This document shows, one piece after another, positions 12,531 through 23,252 of a stretch of DNA of 64,000 nucleotides. This DNA is from Octopus bimaculoides (Eukaryota), in contig NC_069007.1 of the NCBI RefSeq assembly GCF_001194135.2, positions 10,697,298 to 10,761,297 of the forward strand. The letters are read 5' to 3'. Numbering within the stretch: the first letter of the stretch is position 1; each line of letters starts with the position of its first letter. The notes below the pieces were generated by a model. It was given only the letters and a program-made list of their open reading frames with translations. It did no database searches and had not been told where the DNA came from. The translations under genes and the position numbers were made by a program.

Positions 12531-13320
12531 TTCAAGCACTGCATATTGCCAAAGGCCTCAGTCATTTGTCGTTGCCTCTGTGAGGCCCCAAATCTTGAAA
12601 GGTGCTCTTTACATGCCACCAGTATGGGTGTTAGCTATGCAACACCAGCATCAGTGTGGCCCAATACTTGAAACGTGATCGTTACATTCCACTGGCATGG
12701 ATACCAGTTACATGACACTGACAATGGCCACAACTATGATTTCACTTGGTTGTTGTTGGTGAATAATTGAAAGGACACAATTGATCCCTTCAAGAAAAAA
12801 CCATCATTCCTAATTGCCCGTGACCAGGTGAAGCGGAAAAAGTGGAGAAACTGGAGGCACAGGCAGTTATGTTCATTGATTGTTTTCGTTTCTGAAAGTG
12901 TTGCTGCTGCTTATTTAATACAGGTAGCAGTGAAATGATCAGAGAATAGAAGATGGCTTCAGAGAGCTGTGAAAGAAGGAAATGCAGATATGCAGATGTG
13001 GGAATTAGCAACCAGCTTAGAATTTAGAAGACAGTACTCCCACTGTCTTCTTGACACTGGAAGGAAAAGCTATAGAAGTTGTGCAAGAAATAGATATCGC
13101 TATTATAAATACTGATGATTAAATGGGATAACTATACCAGAAATTGGATACACCTTTCCATAGATTGAAACCAATTATTGTTTATCGTGTATGAACCATT
13201 TGAACAATATGAACAACCAAAGGAAATGACAGGGAGTGACTATTTCATCCAGTGTAATCAACGTGTTGCAGGACATGGAAACAACAAAATAATTTACCTG
13301 ACACTTGTAATTGTGTGTAT

Positions 13321-13575
13321 CATCATCATCATCGTTGTCGTTTAACGTCCGATTTCCATGCTAGCATGGGTTGGACGGTTCAACCAGGGTCTGCACCAGG
13401 CTCCAGTCTGATCTGGCAGTGTTTCTACAGCTGGATGCCCTTCCTAACGGTAACCGCTCCAAGAGTGTAGTGGGTGCTTTTTACGTGCCACCAGCACAGG
13501 GGCCAGAGGAGGCTGGCAACGGCCACGATCAGTTGGTGCTTTTTATGTGCCACCGATACGGAAGCCAGTCAAGGT
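13321..13575 (-). mobile_element. SINE-like family C with (GAT)n tail
   Basis: (CAT)n-CGTTTAACGTCC..TTTCCATGCTAGCATGGGTTGGAC...GTGCCACC modules. Confidence 0.85.
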
Positions 13576-14952
13576 GGCACTGGCAGACATAGAAAAGCAC
13601 AAATCTGACATCAGGAAAATGGGTAACTGATGAAAGCTATGATGTGTGTGCTAATTCCGTCTGCTATGTCAAAGCAGATAAAATACGTTTTGTGTGACTA
13701 CACACCCAATGCTTCATCAGAAACCAACTCCTGTTGCAGTGAAAATAAAATATAAAAAAAGGTTGGATGTTATTTATAACAAAAGAAAAGTGTGGACTTG
13801 AAATAAAGTGCATTATGATCATACAAAGATTCAATCATAGACATATTTCTTGGAGGTCTTATCATCAGATCTTATCTGGTGTCCTTTTTTATAACACCTC
13901 CCACTACTTCAACAGCTTGAATGTTGGAAAAGATGCCTACATGACCAGTGATCGGAGTACAATTTATTTCAAGTTCCCTGTTTGGTTTGGTTGTAAGAAA
14001 CATCCAACCTTTTTTTTATTGTTATTGCAATTGGAGGAGTGCTGGTTTCTGATGAAGAGTTGGGTGTGTGTCCACACATATTTTATCTGTGACAAACGTT
14101 GTGTTGATGAATCAACAACAAAGGAGATGATGATTTCATGTTTTTCAGAGAGACAATTGGTTCTGTAGTCATGGGTAGTGATGCTTCTGGAACTGTATAT
14201 GGCACAAAGCAGAATGTGTTTTGGAAACACTATCAGATCAAATAAGATAGGAGATCTGGGAAGGAAAAAAATACGTTTGCACTGGTGTAGCTAGAGTGTG
14301 TGCCACTTGGGGCGGCCCTTTCGTTTGCCATCCCCGGACCCCACAGAATACACATATTGCCTACAGCAGACCCAAAAGTGCTGCCCAGGCAAAATTTACA
14401 GAGCTGTGATTGAGCATTCCTTTCCCATCAGTAGCAGAGAAACACAGCTGTTCTGTATGTATTTGTCCACTGTCTTGGCATTGCCAACTGGTGGAGTTAT
14501 GTTGAACAGCTGTTGTTGTGCGTGAACATTTGACTCTTATAAGCCAAGTCCATAGTAACGGTTGCCCAGCCACCTTCTTTTAATCAGGCAGGTAAGGCAG
14601 TTTTTCTTTGTCCAGTGGGTATGGTAAAAGAGATTGTCAAGTGGATGAGGTTGAGAGGTTTGAGGACAGAGACATTCCTCTTTGGTACTGTCTTCACTGG
14701 GTTAACTTACTGAGGTTTAGGTTTATTTTTTCTATTAATTTCTTTAAGAGAAAAAAAACATTAATTTGAAAAAGATGCAACTCAAAATGACATAAGTTGA
14801 GATATGCCTGTATATATATATATATATATAAATATATATGTTGTTGTATTTGGGGATGGTCATGTTGCCAGTTTAGCTAATAAAAACACACGCACTGTAT
14901 ATTTGGTGTTAATTTGCTTCAGCTTTATATTACATTACATTAATCCTATTTC

Positions 14953-14997
14953 GGCCAGAGTTCTTTCGTCACACTTCTGTGACCTCATCAGTGGTCC
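14953..14997 (-). ncRNA. Minimal type I hammerhead ribozyme candidate (H2)
   Basis: Minus: GG(A)CCA-CTGATGA-G-GTCACA(gaag)TGTGAC-GAA-AGAACT-C-TGGCC; intact core, 6-bp stem II, CUC site. Confidence 0.65.
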
Positions 14998-15043
14998 TTT
15001 GCTCTCTTCTTTGATGTAAAAATAGATTTTTTTGCACACACAC

Positions 15044-15277
15044 ACACACACAAAATTGGTACTATTCAAGAAGAGTGGTCCTGGTGCGCGCACTCGCTAG
15101 TCGATCCTACAACGATTATCTAACGTGAATGCGCAAAACATGTATGAGGGTTCTTTTAAAACAAAGTAAATAAAACACACTGTTTGTAAACATGTCAAGT
15201 AAATAAACACGTAGAATCATAACAATGCCTTCAGTGAGTTGTTTATTATCCCATCAAGAACAAAATAATACATAACA
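15044..15277 (+). mobile_element. Partial 5' LTR of the Gypsy element, ending ...CATAACA
   Basis: Ends in CA immediately before the PBS; shares ~55 bp with the LTR at 17794-17850 (opposite strand). Confidence 0.7.
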
Positions 15278-15287
15278 TGGTGGCAGC
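15278..15287 (+). promoter_or_regulatory. Primer-binding site, tRNA-Leu-like
   Basis: TGGTGGCAGC is complementary to the tRNA 3' end GCUGCCACCA typical of tRNA-Leu. Confidence 0.65.
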
Positions 15288-15403
15288 AATAAATACTAAT
15301 CGAAAACAGTGCCTTTACAACAAAACAGGAAAACAACAAACCTAAAATTTAACAAACTGAATATTGCTTCGTCTTCGGGGACACACACACGAGGATCAAA
15401 AAA

Positions 15404-16198
15404 ATGGCAGCCTCCGTCGCCGTACAGATGAATCTACATCCGACCATGAACTGGTACGTGGATGATATCGTGGAAGCGTTCAAGAAATTTAAACAGAAAA
15501 CTCAACTGGCTTTCAAAAGCTTCCTTAAAGGTACAACTGCCGATGAAAAGGGAAGCTACATCCTTTTATGGACGGGAGAGAAGGGTCTAGACCTATTCAA
15601 TAGTTGGGATATGTCAGAATCGGATTGCAATAATCCAGACATACTTTTAGAGAAATTTGAAAGGCACCTAGAGCCCAGATCAAACCATAGAATTCATAGG
15701 TATGAATTCCAGGGCCTGAAACAAGACCCACAAGAAACAACTGACAACTTCCTGTCCAGACTAAAGAATGTTGCCGAGAAGTGCAAATTCAAAGAAAAGG
15801 ACGAAAGGATTGCTGATCAACTTCTATGGGGGTGTGCTCATAAAGAAGTCCAGAAATCTCTCATCGGTAAGGATGCTCTCCAGCTGGCAGAGGCAGTAGA
15901 TACTGCAAGAGCATTCGAAGCCACTACCAAACAAATGGCATCACTTACTTTACAAACAAACACAGTAGGCAGCAGTGTAGATATTGTATCTAGACATAAG
16001 ACGAAACATACCCACAAACAGAGAACATGCCAGTACTGTGGTACAGAGCATGAGTTCAATGACCTGAGGAAATGTCCTGCATTCGGTACACACTGCAAAG
16101 CATGTGGAAAACCCAACCACTGGGGAAAAATGTGTAGACTAGCAAAATCTCAAAAATATAAGCCCCAATTTTCAAAGTGGAGTGGTAAGAGAAGATAA
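15404..16198 (+). mobile_element. Ty3/Gypsy (Mag-like) gag
   Basis: 264-aa ORF with paired knuckles CQYCGTEH...CPAFGTHCKACGKPNHWGKMC. Confidence 0.9.
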
Positions 16199-16249
16199 AG
16201 AGATGTACATGCCCAACATCTGGAAGAAAACACCTCAGAGGAGTAATTC

Positions 16250-16705
16250 TTGGCAGTCGGCACAATAAATGTGCATGAGATGGGAAATGACAACCAGAAA
16301 AAAAATGAGGCATATACAACAATACAAATTCAAAGGAAGTCAGGCAAGAAACGAATTATCATTGACTTAAAGCTGAAGATTGACACTGGAGCCCAGAGTA
16401 ATATCTTACCTATCAACCTCTACAAAAAGATGTTCCCAGAACACATGATACAAGAGGATAAAGTCAAAGAAGGAATCATCACTGCATAAGGAGGTACCAG
16501 GATTCCACAACTGGCCAAAGCAACCATTACAGGGACACACAAAGGAAAAATAATCAAGTGTTCTTTTTATGTCGCAAGAACAGGACCTGCAATTCTTGGA
16601 CTTGATACCTGTCAAAAGCTTAATATTGTGTCAGTCAACGGTGAAGTGAAGGCAGCTCCAAGCAGGATTGACAGAAATATGCCTATCAAAAACCTCACAA
16701 AATCA
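16250..16705 (+). mobile_element. Gypsy aspartic protease, with in-frame stop at 16487-16489
   Basis: LKIDTGAQSNILP active site; TA*GGT and AILGLDTC downstream in the same frame. Confidence 0.9.
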
Positions 16706-16711
16706 CCAGCC

Positions 16712-17717
16712 AGACTATCCTCACATGATAAACAGGAGATGGAAGGACTAAGTGTCAAGGTCCACCACATTGTAAATGTGACAAACACAAAGCTGGAACA
16801 AATCAAAGAGACCAGCAAAGACGAAGAACTCCAGCTCCTTACTCAGATGGTGATTCAGGGGTGGCCAGAGAAGAGACATCAGGTGCAGCCCCTCATTCGT
16901 GAATATTGGGCCATCCACGATGACATAGCAGTGGAAAATGGAATCCTGATGGCTGGATCCCGAATAATTATACCCAAATCAATGCAAAAAGAAATTCTAG
17001 AAAAGATCCACCAAGGGCATCTGGGAATGGAAAAATGCAAACTCTGAGCCAAGTCAGCTGTATATTGGGTAGGCATGTACAAAGATATAGAAAAGATGGT
17101 TTCTGCATGCCACATCTGTCAAAAGTACAGGAACACACAACGAAAGGAGGAAATGATATCCAGTGACATTCCAAGAAGGCCATGGCAAACTATTGGAGTA
17201 GATCTGTTCACAACGAACCAAGAATTGTACTTGATTATGGTCTGCTACTACTCCAAATTCCCATTTGTGAGAAAAGTGAAAGACCTGAGAGCCAAAACAA
17301 TAACTACAGTGGCTCGAAGACTTGTAGCAGAGCAAGGAATACCAGAGCAGATCATTTGTGACAATGGAACCCAGTTCACATCTCAAGAATTCAAAAAGCC
17401 AGCCAATGAGTATGGGTTCAACATTGTAACCTCATCTCCACACTACCCCAAAGGTCATGGATTCATTGAAAGACAGGTGCAGACCGTCGAGAGAACATTT
17501 GTCAAATGCTGAGAAACCAAGGAAGATTCACACCTGGCTCTTTTGTCCCTACGAGCAGACATGAAATGCCCAGCAGAAATGCTGAATGGTAGGAAATATA
17601 AGACCACCCTGCCAACTAAGATCCAACCTCCTATTGACCAGGAAGAGACAAGGGCAAAGCTAGCAGCCACTCAAGAACAAGCACACAAATATTGCAACAT
17701 GCACAATATTTACCTGG
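16712..17717 (+). mobile_element. Gypsy integrase (HHCC + DDE), with stops at ~17045 and ~17510
   Basis: HQGHLGMEKC...CHIC; GVDLF, ICDNGTQF, GFIER catalytic motifs. Confidence 0.9.
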
Positions 17718-17763
17718 ATCAACTTTCTAAATGCGAATTACCAACAAAGAAAAAAAATTTTTA

Positions 17764-18666
17764 TGTAAAAATAGATTTTTTTTGCACACACACTGAAGAC
17801 ATGATTATGATTGTACGTGTTTTACTTGACATGTTTACAAACAGTATCTATAGCGGAGTGATACACACTGTGCGTATCTGCCCTAGACACAGTTCATACA
17901 GCTTAGTAGATGCGCTTAACAAAATAGTACTACTAGTGGGGATGTATTCATACATACGTATACCTACGCATGCACATAGATATGAAAGTGTAACATCCCT
18001 TCTTGAAAAAAAAAAGGATATTTTGGCAATGAAAAAATAGAAGTAATCTCCCTTATACTAATGGATTGTCAGCGCAAGGGTGGCAATCCTGCAGCAGAAA
18101 CCGTGGGATTATTCTGCCCACACACATGGTTTTCTGCTTCCTAATCCAGCAGAAGTAGTTGTTTTATTATTTTTCTCTTTTAACGGTATCGAATCGGTGG
18201 ATCTTGTTCTCTGCACTGGTGTCTGAGGTGTGTCGTTGGGCTGCTGATGGGTGGTTGGTGTCCGTTGGGGTGATGATTCTGTGGAAACACGGATTCTGTT
18301 TGTGCCGTCATCTGCTGTGCATGTTGTGGTTCTTGTTGGTGTTGTCACTGATGCTGCAGGTGTTGCGCGTGTTATTCTCGATAGCTTTGGTGTTGGGCGG
18401 ATGTGGGCCCGTTTACGTCTCAGCTGCCTACCAGATTCAGTTTCTATAATGTACGATCTTGGAGTTTCAGCTCTACTGACAACTTGTGCTGGGATCCATG
18501 TTTTAGTTATAGGATCTTGAGTATGCACATGTTGTCCTCCAAGTATCTCAGGTAAATATTGTGCATGTTTGTTGTAATATTTCTGCGCTTGTTCTTGAGT
18601 GGCTGCAAGCTTTGCCCTTGTCTCTTCCTGTTCAATAGGAGGTTGGATCTTAGTAGGCAGGGTGGT
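17764..18666 (-). mobile_element. Second Gypsy fragment: integrase C-terminus, PPT and 3' LTR
   Basis: ORF PRSYIIETESGRQLRRKRAHIR; PPT CAAGAAGGGA directly before TGTTAC at 17995; LTR may end ...TTTTACA at 17764. Confidence 0.85.
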
Positions 18667-18730
18667 CAAGAACGAAAGAATACATAACATTCACATATTT
18701 CACAGCAAAATGGTTTTCCTATGGTGTATA

Positions 18731-18898
18731 TTCTTTTCTACTCGAGGCACAAGGCCCGAAATTTTGGAGAATGGGATCAGTCGATTAGATCGACCCTAGT
18801 ACGCAACTGATACTTAATTTATCGACCCCGAAAGGATGAAAGGCAAAGTGAAGCTCGGCGGAGTTTGAACTCAGAACGTAAAGACAGACGAAATACCG
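18731..18898 (-). mobile_element. SINE family B, 3' part (split by the ORF1-only element)
   Basis: Consensus breaks at GACGAAATACCG and resumes at 20574 ATACCGCTAAGCATTTCGCCCGG. Confidence 0.9.
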
Positions 18899-20573
18899 AT
18901 TTCTTTATTACCCATAAAGGGTTATACAAAGAATTTTTAAGACATCACAAAACATAAAGACAATACAAAACGCAACAAACATAAAATCGGGGAACTAAAA
19001 ATTACAAAAGCGAATGATAATAGTAGAAGAAAAATTAAAATAAAATGATAATATGCAAGAATGAAAAAATGAGGCGCAATGTCCACTCGGGTGGTTACAT
19101 TTATCCAGTTTTTCACTTTTACGTTCAACATCATGTAAACATTTTAACAGTTTTGCAACTCAAAAAATTGAAATACTCGCGTTATTTTTCTCCCATTAAT
19201 CACTGTTACTTCCGTCCTTATCAACTGTAAGTAATCAGTTCTAGGGGGTGGTGTCTCCACCAACCATACCCTTTTCGTTATTATATCTTCACCAAGTTCT
19301 TTTATGTAATCCCAGTAGTTTTCCTCACGTATCAAAATGCATTTCTCAGCACATTTCTCTGGCATCTTCACTCTTATTATTTCCTCCAATCTCTCGACTT
19401 TACTCTCCATCTGCTCACAATTCTCATACTTTATCAAAACCCCCTTGTATTGGACATCTTTATCCGTTCTCTCCTCCTCTTCTTGTACATTATTAGTTTC
19501 TGGCTTTTCTATCTCTTTTTTGTTTTCTGTTGACCGTTCCTTTGACTTATTTTTCTTTTGCTTTTTCAGGTTAGTAGCTCCATTTTCGTTCTTCTCCTTT
19601 GTTTTCTCTGTTTCACACTTTTGTCTCTCTTTCAATTCCTCAGTATGATCTACAATGTTTTCCTCCTCTGCTTGTGCTTTCTCTTGCTGTGGCTGTGTGA
19701 ACTCATATAGGGGGCATTTGGTCTTCATATGACCTCTTTCCCCGCATATGTAGCAATTTGGTTTCCTTCCCTCGACTACAACATTTAACGTTCCCTCATC
19801 CTCCACTTCTATCTGGTAGGGAATTCTTTCTATGTCCTCGAATGTGGCAAAAAGCCACATTTCGAGTTCAAATCCCCACCATTTGTGCACTTTTGATTTC
19901 GCCACTGGTCCCACTTCCAGCTCCTCCATGGTTGCAGCCAGCACTGTTGCAACCAGCCACTCTGGTTTAATTTCTGGTGTAACTCTGGGAATACGTATTT
20001 TCACACTACTTCTTCCTCTATAACTTGGTAGTAATGCTATTTTTTCATTTCTTAAAATGTTGGTTGCATGCTTGGTTGCCTCTTCTATAGTGGCGAACCT
20101 CACCTCTACCGTACCGAACTTTCTTCCTCTGTTGATGTACGTGGCTTCATTCACAATTCCACCCAGGCACTCCTCGATTTCCTCTTCCGTCACCATTTCA
20201 ATTTTACAGGTTTCGACAGCCTGGGTACGATAAACAACTGTCCTCAGAATTTTGTCTTCTTTAGTCTCTTTTGGGGGGCACAATTTGTATGAGTCTCCCT
20301 CTACTTCTATCAAATTCCTGCTTCTGGTCACCTCCTCCATATCCAACTCGATCAATTTGGTTTCCAGCGGCACTGGCTTCCTCGCCGCAGTGGCCTTGGC
20401 GTAGCTCTCCATACTGGAGACACTACTACTTGCCATAGCTGCGGAAAAATGCAGCGGCTCGCATGAAACGTAACAGCAATAATTCCACAAAAATCACAAT
20501 TATTTACAGAGACAACTTCACATAGTTTTCACAAAGTAACACAACAGTATTCACAATAAATCACAGAGCCGTT
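18899..20573 (-). mobile_element. Complete ORF1-only non-LTR element (HAL1-like, L1/Tx1-type ORF1), 1675 bp, 6-bp TSD
   Basis: TSD ATACCG at 18893-18898 and 20574-20579; AATAAA 5 nt from the 3' end; one long ORF and no ORF2. Confidence 0.85.
19144..20436 (-). CDS. L1/Tx1-type ORF1 protein, ~430 aa from MASSSVSS (448 aa from the upstream start)
   Basis: N-terminal SYAKA, RRM-like core, EGRKPNCYICGERGHMKTKC (CX2CX4HX4C), charged C-terminal region; no stops. Confidence 0.85.
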   Translation of the reverse strand: MASSSVSSMESYAKATAARKPVPLETKLIELDMEEVTRSRNLIEVEGDSYKLCPPKETKEDKILRTVVYRTQAVETCKIEMVTEEEIEECLGGIVNEATYINRGRKFGTVEVRFATIEEATKHATNILRNEKIALLPSYRGRSSVKIRIPRVTPEIKPEWLVATVLAATMEELEVGPVAKSKVHKWWGFELEMWLFATFEDIERIPYQIEVEDEGTLNVVVEGRKPNCYICGERGHMKTKCPLYEFTQPQQEKAQAEEENIVDHTEELKERQKCETEKTKEKNENGATNLKKQKKNKSKERSTENKKEIEKPETNNVQEEEERTDKDVQYKGVLIKYENCEQMESKVERLEEIIRVKMPEKCAEKCILIREENYWDYIKELGEDIITKRVWLVETPPPRTDYLQLIRTEVTVINGRKITRVFQFFELQNC

Positions 20574-20612
20574 ATACCGCTAAGCATTTCGCCCGGCGTG
20601 CAAACGTTTCTG
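20574..20612 (-). mobile_element. SINE family B, 5' part
   Basis: ATACCGCTAAGCATTTCGCCCGGCGTGCAAACGTTTCTG. Confidence 0.85.
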
Positions 20613-20644
20613 TCCTACAGTATATATTAATTTGTGTGTTATTA

Positions 20645-20770
20645 TGTCACTGTTAGAAGTGAATAATCTTCCACATTTTTCATAATAAAAGGGTTTCTCT
20701 CCAGTGTGAATACGTTTTTGAACTGCAAGACAGAAAGATTTGCCACAGATATCACAGTAATATGTTTTTA
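20645..20770 (-). pseudogene. Degenerate C2H2 finger remnant downstream of the ZNF ORF
   Basis: Minus frame YYCDICGKSFCLAVQKRIHTGEKPF, followed by decay. Confidence 0.7.
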
Positions 20771-20953
20771 TTATTATTTTTTTAAATAGTATATTTGATT
20801 GGTGAGTGTGTAAGAAGGCTTCCAGTAATGTATATATGTTTTATATGAATGTAAAAATAAATATCCGAAGGCAATATTCTTTCGTTAATAAACATAATTT
20901 ATTCCTTGACCACACACGTGGTAGTAGGAAGCACATGCCAAGGTAATTAAGGG

Positions 20954-21334
20954 TGTAGTGAGAGACATGAGATAATTTCTTCATAACATCCGAGGTAGTT
21001 AGATTTGGTACTTAATAGCTGCAAGATGTAAATATCCAATGCGTTGCGTAGTTGTGAAGCGAGGTAGAAATCCCATGGCAGTAAACGCGTTTTTTAATTG
21101 GCGTTAAATCAGCAACGTGTTTTGTCAAATGGACGATCTATCAGCGACGGATGTTCACATCGCAACGGTCAAATGGTAACAGAAATTTTACCATTCAAAA
21201 CTGGCGCACTTTACCGCTGGGCAGAAGTAGTCACATGTATCCTTCCGCAACCAGCAGTAATTGGATGTTTTGAGCGTAGCACGACTGTGCTCTGCCGTCA
21301 CAACAAAATAGTCTCGCTAACATGTCTCACTGCA
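20954..21334. mobile_element. 381-bp TG...CA element with ~14-16-bp imperfect terminal inverted repeats (solo-LTR or MITE-like)
   Basis: TGTAGTGAGAGACATG at the left end, CATGTCTCACTGCA at the right end; CpG-rich relative to flanks; no clear TSD. Confidence 0.6.
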
Positions 21335-22286
21335 GTTTCTCTCGTGTTTCGTTAAATCGCTGTTTGTAATAAATGATTTCCCACATATATCACAATGAAA
21401 AGGTTCTTCTCCAGTGTGACTACGCTTGTGAACTACAAGCCAAGAATTCTTAGAGAAGGATTTCCCACAAATATCACAATGAAAGGCTTTTTCTCGAGTG
21501 TGTATTTGTTTGTGTATTTTTAAGTCACAGTTGGTGTTGAAATATTTCCCACAAATTCCACACTGGTAGGGTTTTTCTCCAGTGTGAATTTTCTTGTGTT
21601 TCGTTAAATCACTATCAGTGAAACAGGATTTCCCACAAATTTCACAATGGAAAGGTTTCTCTCCCGTGTGGCTACGTTTGTGAATTGTAACATGAGAACT
21701 ATTAGAAAAGGATTTCCCGCAGATGTCACAATGGAAAGGTTTTTCTCCCGTGTGACGACGTTCATGAACTACAAGATGAGAACTATGTGAGAAAGATTTC
21801 CCACAGAGGTCACAACGATAAGGTTTTTCTCCAGTATGACTACGTTTGTGGAGAATGAAACAAAAATTCTGAGCGAAGGATTTCCCACATACGTCACAGT
21901 GAAACGGTTTTTCTCCAGTGTGTATCCTTTTGTGTGTTACTAGGTGGTCGTTAGTGATAAAAGATTTTCCACATATTTCGCAGTGGTACGGTTTTTCTCC
22001 GGTGTGTTGTCTTTTGTGAACTATAAGATTAGATTTATCAGAGAAAGATGTCCCACATATATCACAATGATACGGTTTTTCCCCAGTGTGTATTCTTTTG
22101 TGTCTTGCTAAATTACTGTTAGAGATGAAATATTTTCCACACGTTTCGCAGAGGAATGGTTTTTCTCCAGTGTGTGTTCTTTTGTGTCTTGTTAATGTAC
22201 CGTTAGAGACAAAAGATCGCTCACATATTTCACAGTGGAAAAGTCTTTTCGTTTCGTGCATTCTTTTGTGTGTGAAGACTTCATGT
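21317..22286 (-). CDS. Tandem C2H2 zinc-finger protein (10 complete fingers + 1 truncated); 5' part lies in the gap
   Basis: Repeated CxxC...HxxxH with TGEKP linkers; frame stays open to the gap (HEVFTHKR before the annotated Met). Confidence 0.9.
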
Positions 22287-23165
22287 NNNNNNNNNNNNNN
22301 NNNNNNNNNNNNNNNNNNNNNNNNNNNNNNNNNNNNNNNNNNNNNNNNNNNNNNNNNNNNNNNNNNNNNNNNNNNNNNNNNNNNNNNNNNNNNNNNNNNN
22401 NNNNNNNNNNNNNNNNNNNNNNNNNNNNNNNNNNNNNNNNNNNNNNNNNNNNNNNNNNNNNNNNNNNNNNNNNNNNNNNNNNNNNNNNNNNNNNNNNNNN
22501 NNNNNNNNNNNNNNNNNNNNNNNNNNNNNNNNNNNNNNNNNNNNNNNNNNNNNNNNNNNNNNNNNNNNNNNNNNNNNNNNNNNNNNNNNNNNNNNNNNNN
22601 NNNNNNNNNNNNNNNNNNNNNNNNNNNNNNNNNNNNNNNNNNNNNNNNNNNNNNNNNNNNNNNNNNNNNNNNNNNNNNNNNNNNNNNNNNNNNNNNNNNN
22701 NNNNNNNNNNNNNNNNNNNNNNNNNNNNNNNNNNNNNNNNNNNNNNNNNNNNNNNNTATATATATATATATATGGATCTATATATTAATCCACTCTTTCG
22801 GGTGAAATCGGCATTTTTCTACTGTAAGTTGAGATGGAACACTCAGTTCGCAGTTGTGAAGCAGGAAAATATAACAAGGCTATTCTCTGATGTTAGAGAA
22901 AGAAAATGGTGTGTGTGTGTGTGTGTTAATTGGTTATTAAAACTTATTTACCTTGTCCTGTTAGGGAACAACCGATTGACAATGTAACGTAGTTTGTGGT
23001 GAAATATTTAATCATGCAGGCGATGGAACAACGACCTGAAATATATTGGATATAATATATTATGCACAAATATATTATTTGTGTATAATAATAGTAACAT
23101 GATATAATTACTGCACAGTTAAATTAATCGAGGTCAAGAAGAAACTGGACGGTGTAATTAATAAT

Positions 23166-23252
23166 TTTTCCCTCGTTTCATTAGTGCCGGTGTCATTAAT
23201 AAGTTTTCCCTCGTCGCATTGGCGCCGGTGTCGTAAGTTAAGTTGTCCCTAA
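23166..23252. repeat. ~38-bp tandem repeat, ~2.3 copies
   Basis: TTTTCCCTCGT..CATT.G.GCCGGTGTC at 23166, 23204, partial at 23243. Confidence 0.7.

Noticed and set aside
13830-13875. Minus-strand CTGATGA...GAAATATGTCTATGAT, resembling H6
   Set aside because: Stems I and II do not pair; at best a heavily decayed relic.
18937-19134. Small ORF (…VKNWINV…) as an ORF2 C-terminal remnant in the ORF1-only element
   Set aside because: The similarity is too short to support from memory; it needs alignment to an autonomous partner.
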